A stretch of 64,000 nucleotides of DNA from a bacterium (GCA_963662285.2 CAXXMV010000006.1:992001-1056000); one strand, 5' to 3'; numbered from the stretch's first letter, positions 37,463-47,506 are shown. Notes: a model not told the origin generated them from the sequence alone. Translations and numbers: made by a program.

Positions 37463-38956
37463 CTAGTTTAAAACCCGTCTAAGGATGCCGGATCGGTCGA
37501 TCCACTGGGCGCGGATCACGTCAAAATGAGAGCGTGCAATTTTCCAGCGTGGATCGTCTTCGGTCAGATCATTGGGCAGGTCTTTGACGTATTCCGAGAT
37601 CAAGGTTGAAAGGAAGCCGAATGCGTAACGCGGCGTGCCCAGGGTTGATAAGGTGTCCTTTAGATAAACGAAATCGAAATTATCCTCAAATATATCTGAT
37701 AGAGGGCGCATTTCTGAGTCTGGATTTTTGCAAATCGCCATTCGTGAATTGGCGATTTCGTACAGTTCCTGTCCGCTCCATTTCAGTTCGGAAACCAGGT
37801 TGGATTTATCCAGCCGCATGTGCTTCAGTTGTTCGGCGGTTGCATTGCGGTGGATGGCGTCCATCTCGATGGGAAGGAAGAGTTTTAATCCCAGGCGCGG
37901 ATATTGCAGCAACTTGATATCCAGCAGCTTTTCAACGAATTGCCGCATTAATGTTTCGTTGATGCTTAGCAGGGATGGTTCGTCAATCCGGTCCAGCATG
38001 ACGTATACGCCCTGGTAGCCGAACGATTCGAGGATATCCATAAAACGGTCCAACAAGTGATAACGGCCTGATTCATCCGTGCCGTTGGGTAAAATAAACT
38101 CTTTACGCTCCTTGTTGGAAAGACGGCTTAACAATGTTCCTAGATTGGATGAATTACGGGGCAGCACTTTTACGCTTCGTCCCGCCCAGGCCGATTGAGT
38201 TCGGGCCAGCAGGTAATCGAATAACCACCAGCCCCATGTTCCCGCTAGTCCAAGACCTCCCACGCTGTATAGCACTTTTTTGAAGAAGGTGGATTCCATC
38301 CCGGTATACCAGGGAACCAGCAATGTTGCGGCGCTGGCTAGAGTCAACAAGATGATAAACATCCACTTAAACATCGGGCGCCATGAGTAATGTTTGATTA
38401 TTTTTCGAAGACTTTGCATGGCTTCCGAGGTGGTTTTACGGTCGGAGTTGTAATATAGAGCGGCTAATGAGAGTAGGTAAACTTTTTGTTTGCGGGTCAT
38501 CTCTTTCGGAGCATTACCGCTATCCAGAATCTGATCGATAAACTTGGTTGAGCCTAAAGATAAGATGGCGTCGAGGTGATCGGATATTTTCCATCGCTTA
38601 ACCACGTCCTGCGATGCTTGCCGGTCATCAGCGCGGGCGCCGATTCTGCGGCGGAAAATGGAAAGAAATGGATTGAAATCGACGTATTCGATCAGGAAGA
38701 TTTTTTTCTCTGGATTCTCTTTATTGAATTGATCCAGTTTTCGTCCCATTACCAGACGTAATGCGCTTTTTCCGCTGCCTTTTTCTCCAAAAGCCACTGC
38801 CGGAGCGGCCATTTGGGGATTGCCATACATCCGGTCGAAACTCCAGTGCACCACTGAAGAATCCAACTCAGAAAGAATTATATCTTTATCCGCATCTTCA
38901 CAATTAAACGGATCATGCGCCATATTCCAGTGTTCCCGCCATTTTTGTGTAAACAT
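37463..38956 (-). CDS. P-loop NTPase with two TM helices between Walker A and Walker B
   Basis: GEKGSGKS; hydrophobic hairpin near aa 195-250; VYVMLDRIDE. Confidence 0.75.
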   Translation of the reverse strand: MFTQKWREHWNMAHDPFNCEDADKDIILSELDSSVVHWSFDRMYGNPQMAAPAVAFGEKGSGKSALRLVMGRKLDQFNKENPEKKIFLIEYVDFNPFLSIFRRRIGARADDRQASQDVVKRWKISDHLDAILSLGSTKFIDQILDSGNAPKEMTRKQKVYLLSLAALYYNSDRKTTSEAMQSLRKIIKHYSWRPMFKWMFIILLTLASAATLLVPWYTGMESTFFKKVLYSVGGLGLAGTWGWWLFDYLLARTQSAWAGRSVKVLPRNSSNLGTLLSRLSNKERKEFILPNGTDESGRYHLLDRFMDILESFGYQGVYVMLDRIDEPSLLSINETLMRQFVEKLLDIKLLQYPRLGLKLFLPIEMDAIHRNATAEQLKHMRLDKSNLVSELKWSGQELYEIANSRMAICKNPDSEMRPLSDIFEDNFDFVYLKDTLSTLGTPRYAFGFLSTLISEYVKDLPNDLTEDDPRWKIARSHFDVIRAQWIDRSGILRRVLN

Positions 38957-39056
38957 ATTGATTCCTCGTAATATCCCTAATAGTGAACATAGGGATAGTG
39001 ATTTGTCTTTAGAGATTTATTACAAAGATAACGCGATTTTATCTTAATGGAAAGGA

Positions 39057-39908
39057 TTAGCAGCCTTCATTATAATTATGAGAATCAATTACTGTGGTTT
39101 TTTCATCGGTAGTGTCATTAATATCACTATTCGGTATCGTGAATTCAAATAGATTTTGTGATTTTTGGGGTTTTGAATACCCATAATATTTAATAGTACG
39201 TTTTTCGCTTCCCACCGAATCACGTTCATACATAAGGGTATGCTTACGGATAAAATAGGTTCGTTTAGTCCAATTGCCATAGTGATCTGAGTTTTGGTCG
39301 AAAGTTGTCCGTGAAATATAATCGTCAGTTTGCAACTTGCTTATGGGGATTGGATCAAACAGACCAAAGAATTTATCTTTATCTTCACTGCTTGAAGCGC
39401 CGTCAGGATAATATGTGATTGTTTGAATCAGGCGGTTTGATGAATCGTGTGTAAAGACGGTGCGTTGTTTGAATAGACCATCGGTATTGTAATAAACCTC
39501 TTCAGTCCGGTTGCCCTGTTCATCATAATTAAATGTGACGAGCGCCGGTTTGGCGGAGAGGGCGGCGAATTGGGGGTCTTTACTGCTGTAAGTGTATTCA
39601 ACCTGCTTCACCGGACCTTTAAGTCCATCCCGTTGCAGATCGTTGCCGCTGGTTCTTTCAAAGGCTTTGGGGCCATTAATCCAGAATAGTACTGTCATAA
39701 ATATGGTTATTGCGAATATTGCTTCAGCCACTGTCTTAAAGGTGATGCGTTGGCCGGGGTGGATGCGCCATGTCGGGGGATCGTCGCAAACCAGATCGTT
39801 ATATTCTTCAGGCTCATCTTCAAAATCGTTTTCGAAGTCATCTTCAACATTTTCTTCAAAATCATCTAGTGGTTCATTACTTGAAGTGAGTTCATTAATT
39901 TTGTTCAT
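39057..39908 (-). CDS. Single-TM hypothetical protein with YD/RHS-like repeats
   Basis: Acidic N-terminus, TM helix, LKGPVKQV, YDEQGNR, DHYGNW. Confidence 0.65.
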   Translation of the reverse strand: MNKINELTSSNEPLDDFEENVEDDFENDFEDEPEEYNDLVCDDPPTWRIHPGQRITFKTVAEAIFAITIFMTVLFWINGPKAFERTSGNDLQRDGLKGPVKQVEYTYSSKDPQFAALSAKPALVTFNYDEQGNRTEEVYYNTDGLFKQRTVFTHDSSNRLIQTITYYPDGASSSEDKDKFFGLFDPIPISKLQTDDYISRTTFDQNSDHYGNWTKRTYFIRKHTLMYERDSVGSEKRTIKYYGYSKPQKSQNLFEFTIPNSDINDTTDEKTTVIDSHNYNEGC

Positions 39909-40154
39909 GACATCAGTCTCCCCTATAGATGTATAAACATTCCCTTTTCGTTAACGATTAAACTACTATATCGTAACGAATTTAATAATAATGTCTATCA
40001 TGAATTTAGATTATGATAAATTTAATCTGCACGGCCTGAGTTTCTTTGATCTATTGCTATACTAGTATTCTTACAGATTATGAATAACTTGATAACCAAA
40101 TTCTCTTATCCTCGATTCAGGAAGTTGGGTTTAGGTTATCAGAGGTGGATTTTT

Positions 40155-40350
40155 GATGGGTCGATAAGACTGACCCATCCTACGCATAGGCTTTTTAGCG
40201 TCTATATCCCCTCTCCCCGCGGGAGAGGGCTAGGGTGAGGGGTGTTTGCAAAAAAACCGCGTCATCCCGTAGGGGCAATTCCCTTGTGGTTGCCCTGTCT
40301 TACGTTATCACCTTTGATTCCATAAAGTACCTTCTTCCCACGGGAGAGGG
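40155..40350. repeat. Cluster of REP-like palindromes upstream of leuC
   Basis: GATGGGTC...GACCCATCCTAC (40155-40183), CCCTCTCCCCGCGGGAGAGGG (40209-40229), GTAGGGGCAA...TTGCCCT (40269-40296), TTCTTCCCACGGGAGAGGG. Confidence 0.65.
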
Positions 40351-40381
40351 TTTTAGCATCCGTTGATTGGAGGAACAAGTC

Positions 40382-41680
40382 ATGGGTATGACTATCACAG
40401 AGAAGATTCTGGCCCGCCATGCAGGACGTGACTGCGTTACGCCAGGCGATAATGTCTGGGTCAATGTAGACGTCCTGATGACGCATGACGTTTGCGGTCC
40501 GGGAACCATCGGCGTTTTCAAGAAGAATTTCGGCCAGGACGCAAAGGTATGGGATAAGGAAAAAGTCGTCATTATTCCGGATCACTATATCTTTACTAAA
40601 GACGTCCACGCCAACCGCAATGTGGATATTCTCCGGGATTTCGTTAAAGAACAGGATATCAAATATTTCTATGATCCCGGTACGCCTAGTTATAAAGGCG
40701 TTTGCCATGTCGGTCTGCCTGAAGCCGGACATACGCGTCCCGGTGAAGTGCTATTCGGTACGGATTCTCACACCTGCACCCACGGCGCCTTCGGCGAATT
40801 CGCCACCGGTATAGGCAATACCGATGCCGGCTTCATCATGGGAACCGGTAAACTATGGGTCAAAGTTCCACCTACTATGCGCTTCGTTTTTGATGGAGAA
40901 CTTCCTTCCTACTTGATGGCCAAGGATTTAATTCTTCACGCAATAGGAGAGATAGGTTTTGATGGAGCGACATACCGCGCTATGGAATTCGCCGGAGACG
41001 GCGTTTACAGCCTTAATATGGAAGAACGCATGACGCTGTGCAACATGGCCATCGAAGCGGGCGGTAAGAACGGCATTATTCAGCCGGATGACGTCACAAC
41101 TGCTTATGTCAGCCAGCGAACAGAAAATAGTTTCGAGGTGGTTAAGGGTGATGCGGATGCAGAATATTTTGCCGAGTATGTGTTCAAAACGGCTGATATT
41201 CAACCAACCGTAGCCAAACCTCATTCTCCGGATAACCGCAGTACGGCAGCGGAACTGGAAGATGTAGAGATTACCCGCTCATATATAGGTTCATGCACTG
41301 GTGGTAAGATCACCGATTTCGAAGCGGCGGCGGAAATCCTTGACGGACAGACTTGCAAGGTCGATACATTCATCGTTCCGGCAACAGTGGAAGTTGAAAA
41401 GGTCTTGAAGGAAAAAACCTATAACGGTAAAACGCTGTACGCAATTTTTGAAGCGGCGGGCGCTCGAATCGGCCAGCCCTCATGCGCTGCATGTCTGGGC
41501 GGACCATCTGATACTTTCGGGCGGATGAATGGTCCCGGCGTATGCATCTCGACCACTAACCGTAATTTTCCGGGCCGGATGGGTTCAAAAGAATCACAGG
41601 TTTATCTCGCATCGCCATATACTGCGGCAGCTTCGGCTATAACTGGTCGCATCACTGATCCGAGAAAATATCTGGCGTAA
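40382..41680 (+). CDS. leuC: 3-isopropylmalate dehydratase/homoaconitase large subunit
   Basis: GTDSHTCT, IGSCTGGK, CAACLG, STTNRNFPGRMG; GGAGG RBS before ATG 40382. Confidence 0.93.
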   Translation: MGMTITEKILARHAGRDCVTPGDNVWVNVDVLMTHDVCGPGTIGVFKKNFGQDAKVWDKEKVVIIPDHYIFTKDVHANRNVDILRDFVKEQDIKYFYDPGTPSYKGVCHVGLPEAGHTRPGEVLFGTDSHTCTHGAFGEFATGIGNTDAGFIMGTGKLWVKVPPTMRFVFDGELPSYLMAKDLILHAIGEIGFDGATYRAMEFAGDGVYSLNMEERMTLCNMAIEAGGKNGIIQPDDVTTAYVSQRTENSFEVVKGDADAEYFAEYVFKTADIQPTVAKPHSPDNRSTAAELEDVEITRSYIGSCTGGKITDFEAAAEILDGQTCKVDTFIVPATVEVEKVLKEKTYNGKTLYAIFEAAGARIGQPSCAACLGGPSDTFGRMNGPGVCISTTNRNFPGRMGSKESQVYLASPYTAAASAITGRITDPRKYLA

Positions 41681-41698
41681 TAGAATAGGAGCAAAGTC

Positions 41699-42256
41699 AT
41701 GGACGATATAATACGAGGTAAAGCATTTGTATTAGGTGATGATATTGATACCGATCAGATTATTTCGGCTCATCACCTGGTTTATAAACTTGACGATGAA
41801 GATGAGTCAAAAAAATACGGCGAATACGCTTTGGCTGGAGTGCCTGAAGCGCAATCAGGGCTTCCCAAAGGTCATACTCCCTTTGTTAAAGAGGGCGAGT
41901 GGCGCTCAGAGTATCAGATTGTGATCGGCGGCAAAAATTTCGGCTGCGGCTCCAGCCGTGAACACGCCCCGTTTGCGCTTGATAAAGCGGGAGCAGTGGC
42001 GGTAGTGGCTGAATCCTATGCACGCATTTTCTTCCGCAATTGCGTTAATGGCGGATACCTGGTTCCATTTGAAACGACTGTTAGGCTGGTTGAAAAAATC
42101 GCAACCGGCGATGAGATTGAGATAGACGTCAAAGGTTCAACCATTAAAAAAATAGCTACTGGCGAGACATTCAAATTACATTCGCTAGGCGATGTAGAGC
42201 AGATTCTCCGCGCTGGAGACGTCTTCGCCTACGCCAAACAATCCGGCATGATGTAA
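41699..42256 (+). CDS. leuD: 3-isopropylmalate dehydratase small subunit
   Basis: DIDTDQII, NFGCGSSREHAP, SYARIFFRN. Confidence 0.93.
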   Translation: MDDIIRGKAFVLGDDIDTDQIISAHHLVYKLDDEDESKKYGEYALAGVPEAQSGLPKGHTPFVKEGEWRSEYQIVIGGKNFGCGSSREHAPFALDKAGAVAVVAESYARIFFRNCVNGGYLVPFETTVRLVEKIATGDEIEIDVKGSTIKKIATGETFKLHSLGDVEQILRAGDVFAYAKQSGMM

Positions 42257-42293
42257 TTTCATAAATAAGTATTTATTCGTTAATAATCAAAAC

Positions 42294-42325
42294 AAAACGG
42301 GGCTGCAAAGCCCCGTTTTTTTTTT
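42294..42325 (+). terminator. Rho-independent terminator after leuD
   Basis: AAAACGGGGCT-GCAA-AGCCCCGTTTTTTTTTT. Confidence 0.85.
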
Positions 42326-42333
42326 ATCCACTT

Positions 42334-42360
42334 GTAGGGTGCGCCTCTTGTGGGCGCCCG
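42334..42360. repeat. GTAG-type REP
   Basis: GTAGGGTGCGCCTCTTGTGGGCGCCCG, similar to 40269-40296. Confidence 0.55.
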
Positions 42361-42421
42361 AATCATCCAACACCATATTGTATCTAATCACCCGATAACC
42401 ATACAAATATGCCCGACGCGA

Positions 42422-42925
42422 CTAGTCATCCGAAAATTGTCGAGCAAATACCAAATTAAGCGGATGATTTTGAAAAGAAGATATTTTGATCTCAGAATCG
42501 ATATTATATTCCCCGGATTTAATTTCTATTTTTAATACATCCTTCAGTTTATCAGATGCTTCAAGTGTATATTCATCCGGACCTCCCACCGTGACTCCTG
42601 ATCCTCTAATCTGATTAAGTAGTTTTATTCTAGATTTATCACCAATGGCAATACGGTCAGCCATAATCAACACTTCGCAGGTTGAAATTCCAGATTTCAG
42701 ATCAGGTTCTATCTTGGCTTGACTCAGGCCGCCTTTTTCTGATAATCTAACGACTCTTTCTTCGAGAAATTTTATGTCAAGAAGATAAATAATGAGATTA
42801 TCGCCGTCATAGATTTTATTAACTTCGATATTAACTTTATCTTTTGGAATGGAAATCCGGGATTGATTGCAGGCCGCCAGTGATAGGATGATTATGGCCG
42901 AAAAAGTATATAGTAGTGATTTCAT
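42422..42925 (-). CDS. Putative lipoprotein
   Basis: Lipobox LAAC; low GC. Confidence 0.7.
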   Translation of the reverse strand: MKSLLYTFSAIIILSLAACNQSRISIPKDKVNIEVNKIYDGDNLIIYLLDIKFLEERVVRLSEKGGLSQAKIEPDLKSGISTCEVLIMADRIAIGDKSRIKLLNQIRGSGVTVGGPDEYTLEASDKLKDVLKIEIKSGEYNIDSEIKISSFQNHPLNLVFARQFSDD

Positions 42926-43170
42926 TTATTAACATCCTTTCATTATATTAATAATAAAACAAGATGATTGTGGTTTTAACATTCATAAATAATATATAAA
43001 TAAGACGTAATTGCATCAATATTATTTAATCTGGAATGATTTCCACATTTGATTTGCAGGTAAATGCCTGATTTTTCTTTTGTTCCCTCAACAATTTAAG
43101 ATTCATCTATTATTATACTCATGAGCATAATTTATATTGCCTTTATATAGATAGTGAAGGAAATTTTTTC

Positions 43171-43563
43171 ATGGACAATAATGTAATAATGTCATTAATC
43201 ATCATCGGTGGATTCATCATTGCATCAGCTTTAATGATTTTTGTCCTGCTGAAGATGCGTTACGATAAGGCTTTATGTCAAGTTGATGATTATATGGATG
43301 AAATTGCGCAGTACATGGGAGAATCATGGCAGGCAATTGATAAACAAAATCCTCCAGAAAAAAAAAGTTACGTCTCAACTGTTCGTTTTCTGATACAAAG
43401 AAGCGGAAAAATAACCAAAATCGAGATAGTTGAACCTTCGGGATGGGAGGAAATGGATAAAAGCATCATAGAAGTTATCAACGAAAAAAGCCCGGTTGAA
43501 AGAATTCCAGAAGGTTATCCATACCCGACTGTTGAAATCGAGATGAGTTTCCACTATTCATAA
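43171..43563 (+). CDS. TonB/TolA C-terminal domain protein
   Basis: N-terminal TM; VRFLIQRSGKI...IVEPSGWEEMDKS. Confidence 0.75.
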   Translation: MDNNVIMSLIIIGGFIIASALMIFVLLKMRYDKALCQVDDYMDEIAQYMGESWQAIDKQNPPEKKSYVSTVRFLIQRSGKITKIEIVEPSGWEEMDKSIIEVINEKSPVERIPEGYPYPTVEIEMSFHYS

Positions 43564-43600
43564 TGCTATAACTGCATTCATAGAATCCCATTTCTCTGCT

Positions 43601-44950
43601 CTAAAACATCATCCACATTTTGATTGGGGTGATTACTGGTTGATATTCAAACGCTCCGATGTCGATATATGAGGGAGCGCTTGATGTTGCATTGGGCGCC
43701 TCAGGCGCATCAAAACGTGAATTGCCGCTGAAATCATGATCTAATACGGCTTCTTCTCCCCATCCTGCGTCAATAGCGGGTGAACCGGAAAGCAGAGCGT
43801 AATTATTATCCGGCAGATTAACAAACATTGGATCAGCATTCTGGTTGCCGATTCCCTGATAAACAGAATCTCCTTTGATAATTGAATATCTTGCATCCAT
43901 GGTTGATCCTGGTTCCAGTTTTATAGAAGTCTGGTCATCCCGGCCCCAGATGATGGTATTGATCATCCTGGCATGAGCGGGATTCTGATGCATCCAGACG
44001 CCCCGGTCGCAATTGATGATAGTGTTGTTGATTACGGTGATATCAGCGCCGTTCTTGAATCCTATGCCGCTCTCGCAATTGATAATGACATTGTTAACTA
44101 TAATAGGATGAGCGTCTTTGTCGCCAGAAATTCCTATAGGATCGTTGCTGCCTCCCCGGCAGTTCATAACCAGGTTCCCCTCAACATAGGCGTCGCAGGT
44201 ATCAAGGTCGATGCCATCATCTTCGCTTCCCAGAAATACATTGTATCGTATGATGGGGCCAGGATTCTGTGTATCTCCTATATCTATCGCATCGCTATAG
44301 CCATAACGCTGCTCAAATGTATTGTATTCTACCAGTACGGCGCTATATGAGCCGTGTACGGCTTCGTTTTCTCCCGGTCCGAAGAGACAGCGTCTAATCA
44401 CCATGTTGGGAGAATGGTAACTCTCCGTGGCTTTAGCATTAAAATCATCCGGCCAGTCAGTCAATGTGCAACTATCTATAATTACTGAAGATGCGCATCT
44501 ATAGGCGTTTATCATACCAATCCGGTTACCTGAAGCGTGTGATCCGTGATTTACATAGCAATGCTTTAATAGTCCTGAGCCGTTTTCTTCAAAAGATATG
44601 GCGCCCCAGCGTTGTTCGCCATCTGAATCAATTTGAATAGGATGTTCAACTTCGCCGTTCATCTCTAATCGACCTAAAACAGTTATCACTACTCCTTCTT
44701 TGATCTTGATTTCTACTCCTGCAGCAACGGTTAGACTAGCATTACCAGCAATTAGAAGATCGCCATTAATAACCACTGGACCATCATTGGAATGCCATAA
44801 TTCATCTGTATCAATGACGCCGGAATGAAGATTTTGGGCATAAACTATGTTAGAAAAGAGAAATATGGATAAAAAAGCAGCAAAAAATGTTTTGTATGAT
44901 TGAAATCGGTATGAATTTTTGTTAGAATCATTAAATTTTCTAGGAATCAT
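43601..44950 (-). CDS. Secreted right-handed beta-helix protein
   Basis: Signal peptide VYA-Q; DAID/DDGIDLD repeats, INNTI, DPMF, SPAIDAG, DIGAFE. Confidence 0.8.
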   Translation of the reverse strand: MIPRKFNDSNKNSYRFQSYKTFFAAFLSIFLFSNIVYAQNLHSGVIDTDELWHSNDGPVVINGDLLIAGNASLTVAAGVEIKIKEGVVITVLGRLEMNGEVEHPIQIDSDGEQRWGAISFEENGSGLLKHCYVNHGSHASGNRIGMINAYRCASSVIIDSCTLTDWPDDFNAKATESYHSPNMVIRRCLFGPGENEAVHGSYSAVLVEYNTFEQRYGYSDAIDIGDTQNPGPIIRYNVFLGSEDDGIDLDTCDAYVEGNLVMNCRGGSNDPIGISGDKDAHPIIVNNVIINCESGIGFKNGADITVINNTIINCDRGVWMHQNPAHARMINTIIWGRDDQTSIKLEPGSTMDARYSIIKGDSVYQGIGNQNADPMFVNLPDNNYALLSGSPAIDAGWGEEAVLDHDFSGNSRFDAPEAPNATSSAPSYIDIGAFEYQPVITPIKMWMMF

Positions 44951-45091
44951 TTGGGTATCTTTCTCATTTTATATTGTGATGATCGGGATTAACTATATGA
45001 ATTTATCAAACATCAGATAATTTTGTCAGATCAAATTGATCTAATTATATGATTGTAGTTTTAAAGCAATGAATTAACTTGGGATAGTAAT

Positions 45092-46090
45092 ATGATTAAA
45101 ACTTCCAGAATATTGGAATGCTACCAGATAGAGTTGGTCGAGAAATTAGAAAGCCTGTTAGACGAGTTTTTCCGCGATATGATCAATAAAGGATTGAAAA
45201 GCTCTACAGCTGAGAGGCACGTGGCTAATGCAGAATTATTTCTTATTGAATATCATGCTTTTTATTTAATTGATGAAATTACCAATTTACGCAGTGAAAT
45301 GATTTATGATTTCCTGGGTCAATGGTATTTTCAGAAAGTACATCAACCGGGCAAGAAGGATTTGAATGGAATTATTGTTTCATTAAAGCGTTTTTTTTCT
45401 TTTGCATTAAAAAAGGGAATTTTACCTGAGGCAAATTGTTTAGAACTCAAGGCCGCGCTTTGCGATGATCAATATTTCACAAATAGGTTTGAGAAATATA
45501 AAAAAGACCCTGACGGCTTTATTTACCCGGAGAACCGGTCATCTTTTTTATGTAATGCAGATTCCCTTGACAGTGATGATCAAATCAAGGAATGCATTTC
45601 GGATGATATGATTAATAGTGTATTTAACGAACAAGAAAATGCCATTACCCTTGAAGAAATGATTGCCAAGTTGATTGAACGTTTCAAATCTTTTAAGCCT
45701 AAAAAAAATGTCTTATCAATATTAAAAAAAGAAATGCCCAAATTATCAAAAAAACCGACTCCATTTAATTCAGTATCCCAGGAAGAGCCTACTATCAATA
45801 CCTTAAAAGATCATTGCATGTCGTTGCATCGCGCTAATCATGTTTTTATACGATGGCTTGATAGATACAATTGTCAAATGTCTCATATCCCAACGGAAGC
45901 GATGACTGTTTGTATTGAATGCGATATGGTTTTAACCTCTCTTTTAGTGCGTTTTGATGTAGAGATGATTTCAAAAGAAGAGATAAAACTCGGGCATAAT
46001 CTTTTCGATATGATGGACAAAATGCTTTGGAACGCCCGTTTTCAGATAGCCCACATTTTAGGTCTAGACTTACGTACCCTTCATTTATAG
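45092..46090 (+). CDS. Hypothetical protein with integrase N-terminal SAM-like helical domain
   Basis: KGLKSSTAERHV...SLKRFFSF pattern; no tyrosine-recombinase catalytic motifs seen. Confidence 0.5.
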   Translation: MIKTSRILECYQIELVEKLESLLDEFFRDMINKGLKSSTAERHVANAELFLIEYHAFYLIDEITNLRSEMIYDFLGQWYFQKVHQPGKKDLNGIIVSLKRFFSFALKKGILPEANCLELKAALCDDQYFTNRFEKYKKDPDGFIYPENRSSFLCNADSLDSDDQIKECISDDMINSVFNEQENAITLEEMIAKLIERFKSFKPKKNVLSILKKEMPKLSKKPTPFNSVSQEEPTINTLKDHCMSLHRANHVFIRWLDRYNCQMSHIPTEAMTVCIECDMVLTSLLVRFDVEMISKEEIKLGHNLFDMMDKMLWNARFQIAHILGLDLRTLHL

Positions 46091-46190
46091 TATCATCGCT
46101 CCATAATAAACAAATTATTATTCAATAGTAATATGATGTAAGTATTTGTTTATTAAAGTTTAAAAATCTATTAATTAAGGTCATTTATAT

Positions 46191-47450
46191 ATGTTTCCAA
46201 GTTTGTCATTCGCCCGGAAATCACTTGATCGTTTAGATTGTACAATCTCATTCCTAATTGGTTTTGGAGTGATTTTTTATGTTTATAGCGATTCCGTCAA
46301 TCGCCAATGGGATTTCCCGGTCTACTATCTGGCGGCGACAACCGTAGCGCAAGGCTCTAATCCTTATGATCCCGCAGCGCTGCAGGCTGCCTCGGATTCT
46401 ATTGAAGAAGTTGGCTATGGTGGTAGTTTGCCGTTTCTCTATCCACCACATTTGGCCAGAGTTATGTATCCACTATCTAAGGCTTCATTTTTCACCGCCT
46501 CGTTCTGGTGGATGCTTTTCAAGTGTATTGCCTTAGAATCTATAATATTTATGTCATTAATGTTGATCGGTCAGCCGATACATTTATTAGGATTAATACT
46601 GGCTCATATCGCAGCGCTGTTTTACCGCCCGGTATCACTCGATTTCAGCGCCGGCAACATTGCGTTATTCGAAGCATGCCTGGTTTTATTTGGATTAAAT
46701 GCATGGCGTTGTAATCGATTTACTATGGCTGGATTATTTACTATTCTAGGTTGTTCCATCAAAGGTACGCCTATCCTTATTTCTTTGTATCCACTACATT
46801 TACGTGAGTGGAGGTTAGTTAGGACTTTAACTGTATTCTCAGCTGTTTTTGGTGTTTATATGCTGTTTGATTGGAAATTATTCTTAAATTTCTTCGCTTT
46901 CTACCAGAGTCCGGAATGGGCTGTAATCTGGGATGAGCAGGTGCAGAGTTTCTATAATTGCTCTTCGGCAACAGTTATCCTTCGTACATTTTCAGATACA
47001 TATTTTGCAGAACCGATAATCCGTTTGCCCATATTGGCTACTATATTGATTCCTCTTTTTCCTCTTGTTATATTTGGACTTATGGCGGTATCTATCAAAA
47101 AAGCCCAATCTGTCGGTATCCAACATACCAACGGGATTTTGCTCAGTATGATTCTATGTGGAGTGCTTTTGCTTCCGCCCCGTCTGGCTGGATATACTTT
47201 AGTGTGGACTCTGTTCCCGGTTATGCATGTATGCTATAGCTGTTGGAATAGCAAGCAGATCTTGCCGTTTATAATTGTTTTAGCAGGACTTATGTTGGTA
47301 CAGTTAAACCTGCCTCCAAACCATGTTGCTGCTGGATTTACTCAGTTATTAATTGACAAAGATTTCTTTGGGTTGCTTTGTATTTTTACTGCAACAGTAC
47401 TATTGTGCATTAATTCAACCCGAATTAGCCGTAATTCTATAAAAACCTGA
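46191..47450 (+). CDS. GT87/DUF2029-family membrane glycosyltransferase
   Basis: DFPVYY, PFLYPP, GNI, SIKG motifs; multi-TM. Confidence 0.8.
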   Translation: MFPSLSFARKSLDRLDCTISFLIGFGVIFYVYSDSVNRQWDFPVYYLAATTVAQGSNPYDPAALQAASDSIEEVGYGGSLPFLYPPHLARVMYPLSKASFFTASFWWMLFKCIALESIIFMSLMLIGQPIHLLGLILAHIAALFYRPVSLDFSAGNIALFEACLVLFGLNAWRCNRFTMAGLFTILGCSIKGTPILISLYPLHLREWRLVRTLTVFSAVFGVYMLFDWKLFLNFFAFYQSPEWAVIWDEQVQSFYNCSSATVILRTFSDTYFAEPIIRLPILATILIPLFPLVIFGLMAVSIKKAQSVGIQHTNGILLSMILCGVLLLPPRLAGYTLVWTLFPVMHVCYSCWNSKQILPFIIVLAGLMLVQLNLPPNHVAAGFTQLLIDKDFFGLLCIFTATVLLCINSTRISRNSIKT

Positions 47451-47479
47451 TAAAAAAGCGAAAAAATCACTATAAAAAA

Positions 47480-47506
47480 TACAGTTTGAACGTTATTTGT
47501 CGATAA
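47480..47506 (+). promoter_or_regulatory. Second, weaker sigma28-like promoter
   Basis: TACAGTTT-N11-GTCGATAA. Confidence 0.5.

Noticed and set aside
39947-39980. Imperfect palindrome TTCGTTAACGAT...ATCGTAACGAA
   Set aside because: Single AT-rich occurrence with a bulge; cannot be distinguished from chance
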